Source: a virus (taxonomy: Duplodnaviria > Caudoviricetes). Taken from it: DNA of 64,000 nucleotides. The notes beneath the pieces were generated by a model. The model did no database searches, was not told where the DNA came from, and was given only the letters and a program-made list of their open reading frames with translations. The DNA is taken from the IMG/VR virus record IMGVR_UViG_3300044655_001017. One strand, given 5' to 3'. The translations under genes and the position numbers were made by a program. Each line of letters opens with the position of its first letter. The stretch's first letter is position 1. Positions 22,866 through 33,117 of this stretch are shown here, one piece after another.

Positions 22866-23300
22866 TTATGCTATGCCATTCTCTTGATCAAATCGCAATG
22901 TTATATCTTCTGAAACTCTATAAGGGTTATATGCTAATGTAAATGCAATCTCTATACCACTCTCATATGTTGTTATTGTAGTATCAGAAATTGATACCCT
23001 CGGATCGTAGTTAATAATTGCATTTACATCTTGTTCAATTAACGATCTTACATCAGAAGTTAACGGTTCAAATAGCAAATCCCATATAATTGTGCCAAAT
23101 CTAGGTTGCATTAATCGTTCACCTTGCCTAACATGGAAGTGATTTAAGATATCTTGCTTAATAAGTTCGTAGTCATACAGACTAAAATGTTCTGTATTAC
23201 TGCTTATTGAACTAAACCCGCGATATGTCTTTGGTGCTAATAATTCAGGTTTAGTTGGTATCGCAGGTAACGAAATCCTATCGTATAATACTGAGCTCAT
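22866..23300 (-). CDS. gp25: Baseplate wedge subunit, gp25-like (144 aa)
   Basis: LIKQDILNHF..RQGERLMQP.FGT.IWDLLFEP...I.YDPRV is the GPW/gp25 signature. Confidence 0.9.
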   Translation of the reverse strand: MSSVLYDRISLPAIPTKPELLAPKTYRGFSSISSNTEHFSLYDYELIKQDILNHFHVRQGERLMQPRFGTIIWDLLFEPLTSDVRSLIEQDVNAIINYDPRVSISDTTITTYESGIEIAFTLAYNPYRVSEDITLRFDQENGIA

Positions 23301-24694
23301 TTTTTCTTCTCCGGTGGTTTAACTTTATTAAAGGTATCAGTTGTAGTTGTATATTTTTTAAACATTGCAGGTACTACAGGTTTAGGTGGTGGTGTTACTA
23401 CAGATTTAGTTTTAGCCGGTGTAACTAACGTTGGATCTAAATTCTCATGCCCTGCCCATGGTTCTTTTGTTGGTATTCTATTTGTTTTTGGTGCAACTGC
23501 TGCAGCCGGACCATTCATATGAATCTGTGGAGCAGTTTCTATAATGTTGCCACCTGCTTTTGTTTCATTAGTTCCGCTTGACGTTTCTAATATCTTTCCC
23601 GTTGCATTAGTGCTAACGTTACCTGCAATTGTAGTAAAATTAATATCTCTACCAGCAGTAAAGTTTATATCCTGCTCAGAATGCATGCTAATACTATCTT
23701 TAGAATACACGTCTATCTTGCCATTTGCAGTCATTTCAATCCAAGAATTGCCGCTGCCATGTGAAATGTAAATTAAATCTTCACTGTTATGTAATAAAAT
23801 TTGATGTCCGGTTCTAGTCCTAATTCGAACTAATTCGTTATGCGGCATGGTATGATCTTTTGCAGTTTTACCCTGTTCAACAGGAATATAGTTAGGTCCT
23901 GCTTCTGATGGTTTCTTTTCTCTAACAAACTTGTCATCACCGTCGTCCATTACAAACGTTGAACCACCTAACCTGCTTACATACGCATTCTTAATTGCAT
24001 GCTCTTTCTTTCCAATAGTACCTTGTTTTGCACCATTTTGCTTATCAATTGGGCCAGGTGTTGATATTCCAAATACCATACTAGGAGTTTCTCGTCTAGC
24101 ACTACTAGTTGTTATGCCTCGAGTATCGTCTTTGTCTAACCCGCTTGTTACTAAAACTGCAGCAAACGGATGTACTGGTTTTTTAAATTTAGTTGGGTCA
24201 GATGTTTCTTTATTGATCTGTTTATTATATTCTGCAACTGGTACCCTAGAACCGTTCTTAATAGTATTTTTGTACTTTTCTTCAATAATAGTGTTTTCAG
24301 TACTTGCTATACCTGGCGTCATAAAATTCATGTTTTCATCTTGTACGCAGCCAATCCAAAAACCGCGTTTAGGATCGCCATCAATAAAAATAACAACTAC
24401 TGTACAACCCGGATCTGGTGGAACCATCCACATTCCATAACTTTTTTGTGTATTATTATAATCATTTGGATCTTTTCCGACCTGCTCAACTCCAGTTGCG
24501 CCGCAAAACGGACTTAGGTATTTTACTTGATGCAATTGCCCTTCTGAATGATCGTTACCTGATGCTCTTAATAATTCAACTTCTAACCCTCCCATATATG
24601 TCGGGTCTAAATGACTAATAACTTTTGCAAGGTACGGTCCTGGAGTACTAGCCGGTTCTGACGAACGTGAAACGTCTTTTGTATTATCTGCCAT
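23297..24694 (-). CDS. gp5: Baseplate central spike/hub, gp5/VgrG-like (465 aa)
   Basis: OB-fold DP...G.LEV...SYGMWMVPPDPG..V.V.FIDGD...GFW.GC, followed by RIRTRTGHQILL and beta-helix repeats. No lysozyme domain seen. Confidence 0.8.
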   Translation of the reverse strand: MADNTKDVSRSSEPASTPGPYLAKVISHLDPTYMGGLEVELLRASGNDHSEGQLHQVKYLSPFCGATGVEQVGKDPNDYNNTQKSYGMWMVPPDPGCTVVVIFIDGDPKRGFWIGCVQDENMNFMTPGIASTENTIIEEKYKNTIKNGSRVPVAEYNKQINKETSDPTKFKKPVHPFAAVLVTSGLDKDDTRGITTSSARRETPSMVFGISTPGPIDKQNGAKQGTIGKKEHAIKNAYVSRLGGSTFVMDDGDDKFVREKKPSEAGPNYIPVEQGKTAKDHTMPHNELVRIRTRTGHQILLHNSEDLIYISHGSGNSWIEMTANGKIDVYSKDSISMHSEQDINFTAGRDINFTTIAGNVSTNATGKILETSSGTNETKAGGNIIETAPQIHMNGPAAAVAPKTNRIPTKEPWAGHENLDPTLVTPAKTKSVVTPPPKPVVPAMFKKYTTTTDTFNKVKPPEKKK

Positions 24695-24696
24695 TG

Positions 24697-26871
24697 TTAA
24701 ATTCCAAAAAACCCGCCAATTGCAGCCAACCCATCTTTTGTAAGCTGTCCCAAATTAAACAATCCATCTTTAGATGGCTCGCTTGTATTTTCTTGTCCTG
24801 GTAATCTATTTCCATGTAACCTCTGTGTAAATGATCCGTTTTTAAAATAACTAGTAAGCGTGTTTACTCTAAATAATCCACTATATAGCAGCAACGGTGA
24901 CGACGGCACCTCTGGTGCAAATTGATACATTCCAGTAGTTTGGTCGACGTCAATTGGGGTTCTAAAATTAACTATTACGTTTACTTCACCAGTTTGGTAG
25001 TTTACCGTACCATCAGTATTTAAACCTTGAAATTGAGATTGTGCAGCGGTATAAGTTCCAGTTCCACTTTGTGCAATAAAAAATGGATCTCCTACTATTT
25101 CCATATCTAACATTAACATGTCAGACCCTCTAGTAACATTATCATGAAAAATTCTAGCAGCACGAGTTTCAATAGTATCAGCAGGGCCGCCACCTAAATT
25201 TTCAGAATTAGAAAGTAATCCGCCATAATCAATAACAGCCGGATGTCCTGTTTTTTGAGGTTTAGCACCTTTTAATGCTAATGTATTTGCTTTTGGCTCT
25301 TCTGCATCATTCTCTTGTGCAGTTCTAATATCCTGTGATCGTTTTCCTGCGTCAGCGCCCATAGTAGCTGCAAAACTATTTTCTAATTTAATTTCAAACG
25401 ATATTACGTCTACATTCTTACCAGTATACAAATAATTGTATTCTTTTACGGTCTTCTTGCGTAATTCATCAAAACCAACTGCTGGTTGATTTGTTCCAGT
25501 TGGCGCAGAACTGTTATGAACATTATACGGGATTACTCGGTATACTATAATTATAGGTTTACGACCAGTTTGAGAATATGTTGCATCAGTTGATACATTA
25601 TACACTTGAATATCAATTCTCCACCATTTTACGTATCCTTCTGCTGATAACGAATCTGGATTAAACGCACCTTTTGGATAATCACTTTGCAATAACACTT
25701 GGTTAATTGCATTTGTTAGCGAGGTGTCTTGTCTAAATCTAAAATCACTCTCATCTAACTTTGGCGTATTTTCTGCTCGTACATTAACTTTTAAATCAGG
25801 ATTATAAATCGCGTTGTCGTTGCCGTAAGGCGCACTTGCAAACTTATTAGTACCTACACCAATCTTTGCTTTTCCAATTAAGTTAACGTCTTTAATATCT
25901 TGAACTTGAATTTGTATTTTATTGTTGTCTGCATCAACTACTACATCTTTAGTAGTTGTACCTAAATTAGTGTAAATTGTTTTTGAATCTGCTGCAGAGC
26001 CAGTAGTTGCACTATCGCCGCTGCTGCCTCCATCATCTTCACTTGTTGTAATATTAGTTGGGAATAAAATTATTATTTCATCTGGCACATCAATAACCTT
26101 ATCTGTTTTAAGCTGCTGTAATCTTTTATTCCATACTGCTTGCAAACTTTTTTCACCAGTTTGTAACACTTCTTGAACAGTTGACCCTTTAACAGACACA
26201 TCCGTTTTTAACGTTGAGTTTCTTACATTATGACCTTGATCATTCCATATCATTCCAGTTACTTGGTACACTGCACCATCTTGATTTACATTCATACTTA
26301 AATTTATAAATCTAAACGGTATGAATCTAGTTGTTGTAGGAATTAATGACATCATTCCTAGTTCGTCATTACCACGAAATTCAATAGTTAAAACAAACGG
26401 TGCTACTCTCCAGTTTTGATGGCCGGCTTCCCATGCCGCCTGTTGACAGGCCATCGGAAAAATTCCCATACTATACGGTTCATTAATAGTAAATGAAATA
26501 TTTGTTGAATTAGTAACGTTTCCACGCTCATGCCCAATTACTGCATCAATTACTAAATTATCAATGAAAAAATCAAATGTTCCATAGTCAGTCTTAACTC
26601 GATTGCTTGGATCAGCATTTGCAGATTTACAAATTAACTTTAACCCTTTGTAAGACATGTATCTATTAGGGTTTTGAAGATCAGCATCGCTTAACACTGC
26701 AATACCTAAGATGTAATCATAACTTGCATAGTCATGTAATACATTTGGCAGCGGAATTTGGATATCACCGACTGATTTAAATGCAGTTGCTATGCTTGAT
26801 GCAAACTCTGACACTGTAGATGCTATACTAGATGCTGCACTACCGACTAATGTTGTTGCTGAATCTGTCAT
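24697..26871 (-). CDS. Baseplate hub protein, gp27-like (724 aa)
   Basis: Position between the gp53-like and gp5-like genes. The C-terminal LDMEIVGDPFF...YSGLFRV..L.S.F..GSFTQRL pattern is typical of hub proteins. Confidence 0.6.
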   Translation of the reverse strand: MTDSATTLVGSAASSIASTVSEFASSIATAFKSVGDIQIPLPNVLHDYASYDYILGIAVLSDADLQNPNRYMSYKGLKLICKSANADPSNRVKTDYGTFDFFIDNLVIDAVIGHERGNVTNSTNISFTINEPYSMGIFPMACQQAAWEAGHQNWRVAPFVLTIEFRGNDELGMMSLIPTTTRFIPFRFINLSMNVNQDGAVYQVTGMIWNDQGHNVRNSTLKTDVSVKGSTVQEVLQTGEKSLQAVWNKRLQQLKTDKVIDVPDEIIILFPTNITTSEDDGGSSGDSATTGSAADSKTIYTNLGTTTKDVVVDADNNKIQIQVQDIKDVNLIGKAKIGVGTNKFASAPYGNDNAIYNPDLKVNVRAENTPKLDESDFRFRQDTSLTNAINQVLLQSDYPKGAFNPDSLSAEGYVKWWRIDIQVYNVSTDATYSQTGRKPIIIVYRVIPYNVHNSSAPTGTNQPAVGFDELRKKTVKEYNYLYTGKNVDVISFEIKLENSFAATMGADAGKRSQDIRTAQENDAEEPKANTLALKGAKPQKTGHPAVIDYGGLLSNSENLGGGPADTIETRAARIFHDNVTRGSDMLMLDMEIVGDPFFIAQSGTGTYTAAQSQFQGLNTDGTVNYQTGEVNVIVNFRTPIDVDQTTGMYQFAPEVPSSPLLLYSGLFRVNTLTSYFKNGSFTQRLHGNRLPGQENTSEPSKDGLFNLGQLTKDGLAAIGGFFGI

Positions 26872-26872
26872 A

Positions 26873-27172
26873 TTATATACCTAATGAATTTTTTAATTTA
26901 CTAAGTTGCGGAATGTAGATTTTTGTACCTGGCACAAAATCAAAAATTGGATCTTGTAATACATCTAAATTGCGCTGTATAAAAACCCACCATAATGCAG
27001 CATCATTATATAAATCAAATGCTAACAAATCCGGACGATGTGTATATTGCGATTCAATTGTATAAAGGTAATCTGAATATTCTGCCGCAACTGGCCGAAT
27101 TTTTAAAATATCTAAGTAATCTTGTGTAATTAGTGTTTTAAACCAAGGACTTCTATTATTATATTGTGCCAT
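26873..27172 (-). CDS. LysM-like/gp53-like baseplate wedge protein (99 aa)
   Basis: Y.HRPDLLAFDLY....LWWVF..RN...DPIFDF.PG..IYIP motif. Confidence 0.75.
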   Translation of the reverse strand: MAQYNNRSPWFKTLITQDYLDILKIRPVAAEYSDYLYTIESQYTHRPDLLAFDLYNDAALWWVFIQRNLDVLQDPIFDFVPGTKIYIPQLSKLKNSLGI

Positions 27173-28098
27173 TAAACATATCCAAAACTATTGTTAAGAT
27201 ACCCGCCTGCAACAAAGTTGTCTAAGCTAAATTTGCGAGCACTTGTTCTACTATACATAGGTGTTAAATTTACAGTGAATGTACTTTTAGTTGGTACATA
27301 TGCAGTTCCGCCGCCCATTGATCCGCCAAACCCTAAAGAATTAGCCATAGTTGCTACAGATGAAATTCCATCTGTAATGTCAGTTATTTTATCAGTTACT
27401 TTTGATACACCAAATGCACCACCAACTGCTCCTGCAATAGCACCTATCCCTCCTGCAGCCGAAGCAACTGCGCCAGCAATACTTGTGTTAGTTTGAACCG
27501 GAATGTAATCACATTCTGCATTTAAATTTGTACTAAAACTAGTTACTACAACCGGAACATTATTAAACACATAACTCCCGTACCCATTTAGCTGCACAAT
27601 TGGCGGCGGGTTACCTGCTTTTGGATCGTTACCTGAAAACATCTTTGTCATTGCCCTGAAATAATGTAATGCAGCAATCCAATACAACGCTTGTGCATTA
27701 TCTTCAACATTCATCGGAGCAGTAATAGTAATTGTACCAGGATCACTATGCTGATATGTATTAAATTTAAAATTTGAATGAACTGGTGTCATTGCCGAAT
27801 ACGATGCACTATTACTAAGCTGAATTGACGGAGTGTATGGAAATATCATACCGCCTGCATCTTTTAACGGTTTTAATACTGGACTACCCCTAAAACTTGG
27901 CCATGTTGGTAATGTCATTCTTACTCGCCAATCGTCAATTGTACTATCTTTATATACAGAATACACACTCATTAAATCACCTGCAACTTCGCCAGCTCGT
28001 GGTAATGTTGCCGATCGTATGTTACTCATAAAATTTATTGCACCACCTGCTGCACCTATACCGGCTGCTGCTGCGGCGCCTGCGCCTGCTATTGACAT
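27172..28098 (-). CDS. Tail tube initiator / baseplate tube-cap-like protein (308 aa)
   Basis: IFPYTPSI...YQHSD..ITITAPM...GNPPPIVQLNGYG.YVFNNVPVVVTSF resembles tube-initiator (gp48/gp54-like) proteins. First gene of the operon. Confidence 0.6.
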   Translation of the reverse strand: MSIAGAGAAAAAGIGAAGGAINFMSNIRSATLPRAGEVAGDLMSVYSVYKDSTIDDWRVRMTLPTWPSFRGSPVLKPLKDAGGMIFPYTPSIQLSNSASYSAMTPVHSNFKFNTYQHSDPGTITITAPMNVEDNAQALYWIAALHYFRAMTKMFSGNDPKAGNPPPIVQLNGYGSYVFNNVPVVVTSFSTNLNAECDYIPVQTNTSIAGAVASAAGGIGAIAGAVGGAFGVSKVTDKITDITDGISSVATMANSLGFGGSMGGGTAYVPTKSTFTVNLTPMYSRTSARKFSLDNFVAGGYLNNSFGYV

Positions 28099-28121
28099 AT
28101 TTAATTCCTTTATTATTGTAT

Positions 28122-28158
28122 TATTTATTTGACTTTATTAACTGTAGAGTTTATAATA
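28122..28158. promoter_or_regulatory. Back-to-back late box (minus) and sigma70 promoter (plus)
   Basis: ATAAATA at 28128-28122 on the minus strand abuts TTGACT (28129-28134)-N18-TATAAT (28153-28158) on the plus strand. Confidence 0.7.
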
Positions 28159-28167
28159 TACATGTAA

Positions 28168-29007
28168 ATGGAGATACGAACAATGCTTACACCAAAAGTA
28201 AATTACTTAAATAATAAAGATATGCTGTTAGAAATACATAGATCAAAAAGTTCTTATTGTGTTTTTACAAACCCGTCATACCACCAATATGATATTATTT
28301 TACCCGGAGTGGATAAAATAAACATCCGCACTATCGCTACTGCAAAACGGAATCAAGCAAAGCGTATAGGGGACTTAGCGTATTTAACTAGAAAGAGCGA
28401 AGGCGAAAAAATTAAACAAGCCGAATGTGAAGTAAATTATAAAACTATTTCAAAAGACAGTTTAGTATTTAGAATTATGACATACGATCATATTCCACTT
28501 AACTCAGTTAGGAAGAAAAATCCAAAAACAGAAGCAGATAAACGAGAAAAAGTTAACTTTCCACCTTTTCAACACTGGAAATTTATAGACAACACGCTAG
28601 TATGTGTAGGCAAAAGCCATTGGAGCGGCGACTTAGAAACTGGACATTTTGATAAAAATGCAGGTCAGATTACTAATACGCTAGCTCGTATGATGATTAA
28701 ATTATGTGAACGTTATGCTACTAGAGGAAACGTTAGGGGTTACACATACAACGATGAGATGCGTGGACAAGCAATACTGCAATTAACACAGATTGGATTA
28801 CAATTTGACGAATCTAAGTCAGATAACCCGTTTGCTTATTTTACAGCAGCAGTTACTAATAGTTTTGTTAGAGTTATTAACATTGAAAAACGAAATCAAA
28901 ATATTAGAGATGACATTTTAGAAATGAACGGAATGAATCCATCTTACACTAGAACAGGATCCGAGGAATACGAGAATGCAATGCGACGATCAGACGAATA
29001 CGAATAA
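28168..29007 (+). CDS. gp55: Late-transcription sigma factor, T4 gp55-like (279 aa)
   Basis: RGYTYNDEM...AILQL....QFDESKSDNPFAYFT....NSF.R.I..EKR matches the gp55 core. Lies upstream of gp47/gp46, as in T4. Confidence 0.85.
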   Translation: MEIRTMLTPKVNYLNNKDMLLEIHRSKSSYCVFTNPSYHQYDIILPGVDKINIRTIATAKRNQAKRIGDLAYLTRKSEGEKIKQAECEVNYKTISKDSLVFRIMTYDHIPLNSVRKKNPKTEADKREKVNFPPFQHWKFIDNTLVCVGKSHWSGDLETGHFDKNAGQITNTLARMMIKLCERYATRGNVRGYTYNDEMRGQAILQLTQIGLQFDESKSDNPFAYFTAAVTNSFVRVINIEKRNQNIRDDILEMNGMNPSYTRTGSEEYENAMRRSDEYE

Positions 29008-29227
29008 TACACTAGATATAGCACATCCTGCACTTGATGATGCTTATCAAATTCTTAAAGAAGAACACTTGGATGCTAAAGCTAGTTATATTGAAAAACT
29101 GTTTGAAGAAACTTATAAATGCAAAGTAAATTTTAACAGTAGCTTTGGCGGTTCAGTTACATTTAACACAAACAAAGATTTAGTTTGGTTTTTATTAAAA
29201 TACGACTCAACAGGAAATAATGGATAA
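28976..29227 (+). CDS. Hypothetical protein (83 aa)
   Basis: ORF filling the gap between the sigma gene and gp47, overlapping both. The true start is uncertain. Confidence 0.45.
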   Translation: MQCDDQTNTNNTLDIAHPALDDAYQILKEEHLDAKASYIEKLFEETYKCKVNFNSSFGGSVTFNTNKDLVWFLLKYDSTGNNG

Positions 29228-30233
29228 TTTATTTAAAAAAGCAGCAGTTTTTACAGATATCCACTTTGGATTAAAGTCAAATAGCAGTGTACACAATCAA
29301 GATTGTGAAGATTTTATAGATTGGTACATTGGTACTGCTAAAACAGAAGGGTGTGATGTTGGAATCTTTATGGGAGATTGGCATCACAATCGCAACAGTT
29401 TAAACATTACAACAATGGATTACAGTCTAAGAGCATTAGAGAAATTAGGCCAAGCGTTTGATGAATTTTACTTTTTTCCTGGTAATCACGACCTATATTA
29501 CAAAGATAAACGTGACATACACAGCGTTGAATTTGGCAAATATATCCCCGGAATTACAGTAGTTCATCATCCAACTACCATTGGAAATGTTACATTATGC
29601 CCTTGGTTAGTACATGATGAATGGAAAGAAATTGGTAAGAAAGGTGCGAAATATATCTTTGGACACTTTGAATTACCGCATTTTTTTATGAACGCAATGG
29701 TACAAATGCCTGATCACGGTGAGATTAGTTTAGACTCTTTTAGCAGTTACGAACTTGGTTTTAGTGGTCATTTTCACAAAAGACAACAACGTGAAAACAT
29801 GCATTACATCGGTAATGCATTTCCTCATAACTATGCAGATGCATGGGATGATGCAAGAGGTATGATGACATTAGAGTGGGGCGGACAACCAGAATTCTTT
29901 ACATGGCCCAATCAACCTACATTTAGAACTGTTAAATTAAGTCAACTTTTAGACGATGCTGATAATATTCTTAAACCAAATCAACACTTAAGAGTAGCAT
30001 TAGATATTGATATTAGCTTTGAAGAAGCTAGCTTTATTAAAGAAAAGTTTATTGGAGATTACAAATTAAGAGAACTTAAAGTAATTGAAGAACGCAAATC
30101 GATAGACGTAACAAGCAATGTAGATATTGAAGCATTTGAAAGTATAGACGAAATTGTAGCTACTCAAATTGTAAACATTGACTCAGAAACATATAACAAA
30201 AACACATTATTATCAATCTATAGCAATTTATGA
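29220..30233 (+). CDS. gp47: Recombination endonuclease subunit, gp47/SbcD/Mre11-like (337 aa)
   Basis: Metallophosphoesterase motifs FTDIHFG, GDWHH, GNHD, GHFE and SGHFH. Confidence 0.92.
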   Translation: MDNLFKKAAVFTDIHFGLKSNSSVHNQDCEDFIDWYIGTAKTEGCDVGIFMGDWHHNRNSLNITTMDYSLRALEKLGQAFDEFYFFPGNHDLYYKDKRDIHSVEFGKYIPGITVVHHPTTIGNVTLCPWLVHDEWKEIGKKGAKYIFGHFELPHFFMNAMVQMPDHGEISLDSFSSYELGFSGHFHKRQQRENMHYIGNAFPHNYADAWDDARGMMTLEWGGQPEFFTWPNQPTFRTVKLSQLLDDADNILKPNQHLRVALDIDISFEEASFIKEKFIGDYKLRELKVIEERKSIDVTSNVDIEAFESIDEIVATQIVNIDSETYNKNTLLSIYSNL

Positions 30234-31993
30234 AACTACAAAATTTAACTGTGAAAAACTTTATGAGTGTTGGTAATCAGACTCAAGCTGTAGACTTTGA
30301 GAAAGAAAACCTAACACTTGTACTAGGAGAAAACTTAGATCAAGGCGGTGATGATGCAGGATCTAGAAACGGTACAGGCAAAACTACTATCGTAAATGCG
30401 CTCAGTTATGCGCTTTACGGTACTGCTCTTACTAACATTAAAAAAGACAATTTAATCAACAAAATTAATAATAAGAACATGTTAGTTACACTATCTTTTG
30501 AAAAGGATGGTAACACATATCGCATCGAACGTGGTCGTAAACCAACTGTTCTTAAGTTTTTTGTTAATGAAGAATCACAAGTTTTAGCAGACGATGCACA
30601 AGGCGATATGCGTGAAACACAGAAAGACTTACATCATTTGTTTGGTATGAGTCATGATATGTTCAAACATATTGTTGCATTAAACACTTATACAGAACCG
30701 TTCTTATCAATGAGAGCAAATGATCAACGAGAGATCATCGAACAATTGCTAGGTATTACATTACTCAGTGAAAAAGCCGAAGCACTTAAAGAGCAAGTTA
30801 GGCAAACCAAAGATACGATTTATCAAGAAACTGCTAATATTGAAGCTGCTAAAAAGTCAAATGAGAAGATTCAACAGAGCATCGATACATTACTTTTAAG
30901 ACAAAAAGCATGGTATAATCAACAAGAAACTGACTTAGAAAAACTTGCTCGTGCTATTGTAGAGATGGAAGGTGTAGATATTGAAGCTGAAATTGCCAAT
31001 CATGCATTGTTAAAAGAGTACTTAGAACAACGTGCAACAATGGCAAGTCTTAACAAAGAAAAAGCAACTTTAGAGTCTGCATCAAGTCAAGCTACTAAAA
31101 CTAGAGACAAGTATGTTAAAGAAATTGATTCATTAGATAACAAGAAATGTCATGCTTGTGACCAAGAATTACATGATCATAAACACGAAGAATTATTAGA
31201 AACTGCTACACAACATTTGCTTGAAGCACAGAAATATTATGATAAAGTACTAACAGATCACACTAAAATCTGTGAAGAACTTAGCAAGGTTACAGTAATT
31301 AATACACGCCCAAATACATATTATGAAACACTAGAAGATGCATTAAAACATCAAACTAACTTTAGATCATTAGAACAACAGTTAGAAATTAAAGCAGTAG
31401 ATACTGATCCGTATCAAGAACAGATTGACGAAATGCGCAATGCTGCACTACAAGATATTAGTTGGGATATTATCAATGAAGCAAATACACTTAAAGATCA
31501 TCAAGAGTTTTTGCTTAAACTATTAACAAACAAAGACAGTTTTATCCGTAAAAAGATTATAGATCAAAACTTAGCGTACTTAAACAACCGTTTAACATAC
31601 TACTTAGATAAGATGGGGTTGCCGCATAATGTAGTATTTCAAAATGATTTAACTGTCGAAATTACACAACTTGGACAGGATTTAGATTTTCATAATCTTT
31701 CAAGAGGAGAAATGAATAGAGTTATTATTTCGTTAAGTTTAGCTTTTCGAGATGTATGGGAAAGCTTATATCAAAAAATTAACCTACTGTTTGTTGACGA
31801 ATTGTTAGACAACGGGCTTGATTCAAACGGCATTGAGTGTGCGTTGTCAATCTTAAAAGCTAGAGCTAGACAATCAGATTCGTCAATTTGGTTAATTAGT
31901 CATAAAGAAGAATTAATCGGACGAGTAGACAACATATTGCGAGTTTACAAAGAAAACGGTTTTACGAATTACGATTATCCAACTATACAATGA
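30230..31993 (+). CDS. gp46: Recombination ATPase subunit, gp46/SbcC/Rad50-like (587 aa)
   Basis: Walker A NGTGKT, coiled coil with CHAC zinc hook, signature LSRGE, Walker B LFVDE and H-loop ISH. Confidence 0.92.
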   Translation: MKLQNLTVKNFMSVGNQTQAVDFEKENLTLVLGENLDQGGDDAGSRNGTGKTTIVNALSYALYGTALTNIKKDNLINKINNKNMLVTLSFEKDGNTYRIERGRKPTVLKFFVNEESQVLADDAQGDMRETQKDLHHLFGMSHDMFKHIVALNTYTEPFLSMRANDQREIIEQLLGITLLSEKAEALKEQVRQTKDTIYQETANIEAAKKSNEKIQQSIDTLLLRQKAWYNQQETDLEKLARAIVEMEGVDIEAEIANHALLKEYLEQRATMASLNKEKATLESASSQATKTRDKYVKEIDSLDNKKCHACDQELHDHKHEELLETATQHLLEAQKYYDKVLTDHTKICEELSKVTVINTRPNTYYETLEDALKHQTNFRSLEQQLEIKAVDTDPYQEQIDEMRNAALQDISWDIINEANTLKDHQEFLLKLLTNKDSFIRKKIIDQNLAYLNNRLTYYLDKMGLPHNVVFQNDLTVEITQLGQDLDFHNLSRGEMNRVIISLSLAFRDVWESLYQKINLLFVDELLDNGLDSNGIECALSILKARARQSDSSIWLISHKEELIGRVDNILRVYKENGFTNYDYPTIQ

Positions 31994-32718
31994 AACAGTC
32001 AATACCGTACCTTTACCAGTGGATTCACATACCTACTAATAAATGGTATATAGGATCAAAAACGCAAGCTGGGTGGAATCCAGCTTGCCATGAGAATTAC
32101 CTGTGTTCAAGTAAAATAGTAAAGCCGTTAATTTTAGAAAATAGAAATGACTGGAGATATGAAATCTTAGCAATCGGCCCTGCATCATATATAAGAAAAT
32201 TAGAATCCGATTACCTTACAATTTTAGATGCTAAAAACGATCCTATGAGTTTTAATCAATCAAATGCTAAAATTGATCCAGGAAATAGATTAGGTAGAAT
32301 CGAGTCAAAAATAACTCGTGCAAAGAAAAGTTTAGCAAGGCAAGGAGATAAAAATCCTATGTACGGTAAAAGGGGTGAATTAAGTCCACACTTTGGAAAA
32401 CATCACTCTGCAGAAGTTAAACAAAAACAAAGCGATGGTGTTAAAAATTATGCAGCATTTCGCCCAGCAACACATAATGAAAATATAAGTAAATCATTAA
32501 AAGGAAATCCTAAAGTAGGATTAAAAGGCGAAAAAAATCCAATGTATGGAAAATCTGCATCTGACTATAATAAACAAATGTCCAAGTTAAAAAATTCAGG
32601 AGATAACAATCCGATGAAGCAACTTAAACATCAACGAACATGCGAGCATTGTAACAAGACGATTGCAAAAAATCATTATACTCTGTTTCACGGTGACAAA
32701 TGTAAATTAAAATCGTAA
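31990..32718 (+). mobile_element. Free-standing GIY-YIG (Seg-like) homing endonuclease with NUMOD3 repeats (242 aa)
   Basis: YLY...WYIGS N-terminal motif, repeated (K/N)NPM(Y)GK NUMOD3-like motifs and a C-terminal CEHC..H..C zinc finger. ATGA overlap with gp46. Confidence 0.8.
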
Positions 32719-32722
32719 TAAT

Positions 32723-32748
32723 ATGCCACTTTATTTTTAGAGTGGCAT
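32723..32748 (+). terminator. Stem-loop after the homing endonuclease gene (terminator or processing hairpin)
   Basis: ATGCCACT-N10-AGTGGCAT perfect 8-bp inverted repeat. The U-tract is weak. Confidence 0.45.
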
Positions 32749-32785
32749 TCTCACGACTAATAAATAGTTATTATATGGAATTATT

Positions 32786-33109
32786 ATGTTACCAAATGAA
32801 GAATTACACGACGAAATAATGAATGCATTTAATGAATACTTTAAAGCGCATCAGCGTTGGGTTACTATACAAAACTCATCAACTGTTGTAGACTTACGTA
32901 AAGAATTAATGGCTATGAGAAAACTTAGTATTAAGTTACGGAAGTATTGCGAAGATCAACGCACCGTTGTACAAGATTGGCGTTACTTTCACTTTTCCCC
33001 TAAACAACCAAGTAAACGCGCTAAAGCATTAATAGCAGAACGTGATCAGAAAATAAAAGATGGCACTGCAGATCCGATAACTAAAATAAAGATCAAACAT
33101 AGAAACTAA
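32786..33109 (+). CDS. Small basic helical protein, possibly an Hc1-like DNA-binding protein (107 aa)
   Basis: Has a late box ATAAATA at 32760 and a K/R-rich helical pattern (..DLRKELMAMRKLSIKLRK). The family resemblance is only suggestive. Confidence 0.4.
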   Translation: MLPNEELHDEIMNAFNEYFKAHQRWVTIQNSSTVVDLRKELMAMRKLSIKLRKYCEDQRTVVQDWRYFHFSPKQPSKRAKALIAERDQKIKDGTADPITKIKIKHRN

Positions 33110-33117
33110 GGAAAAGC

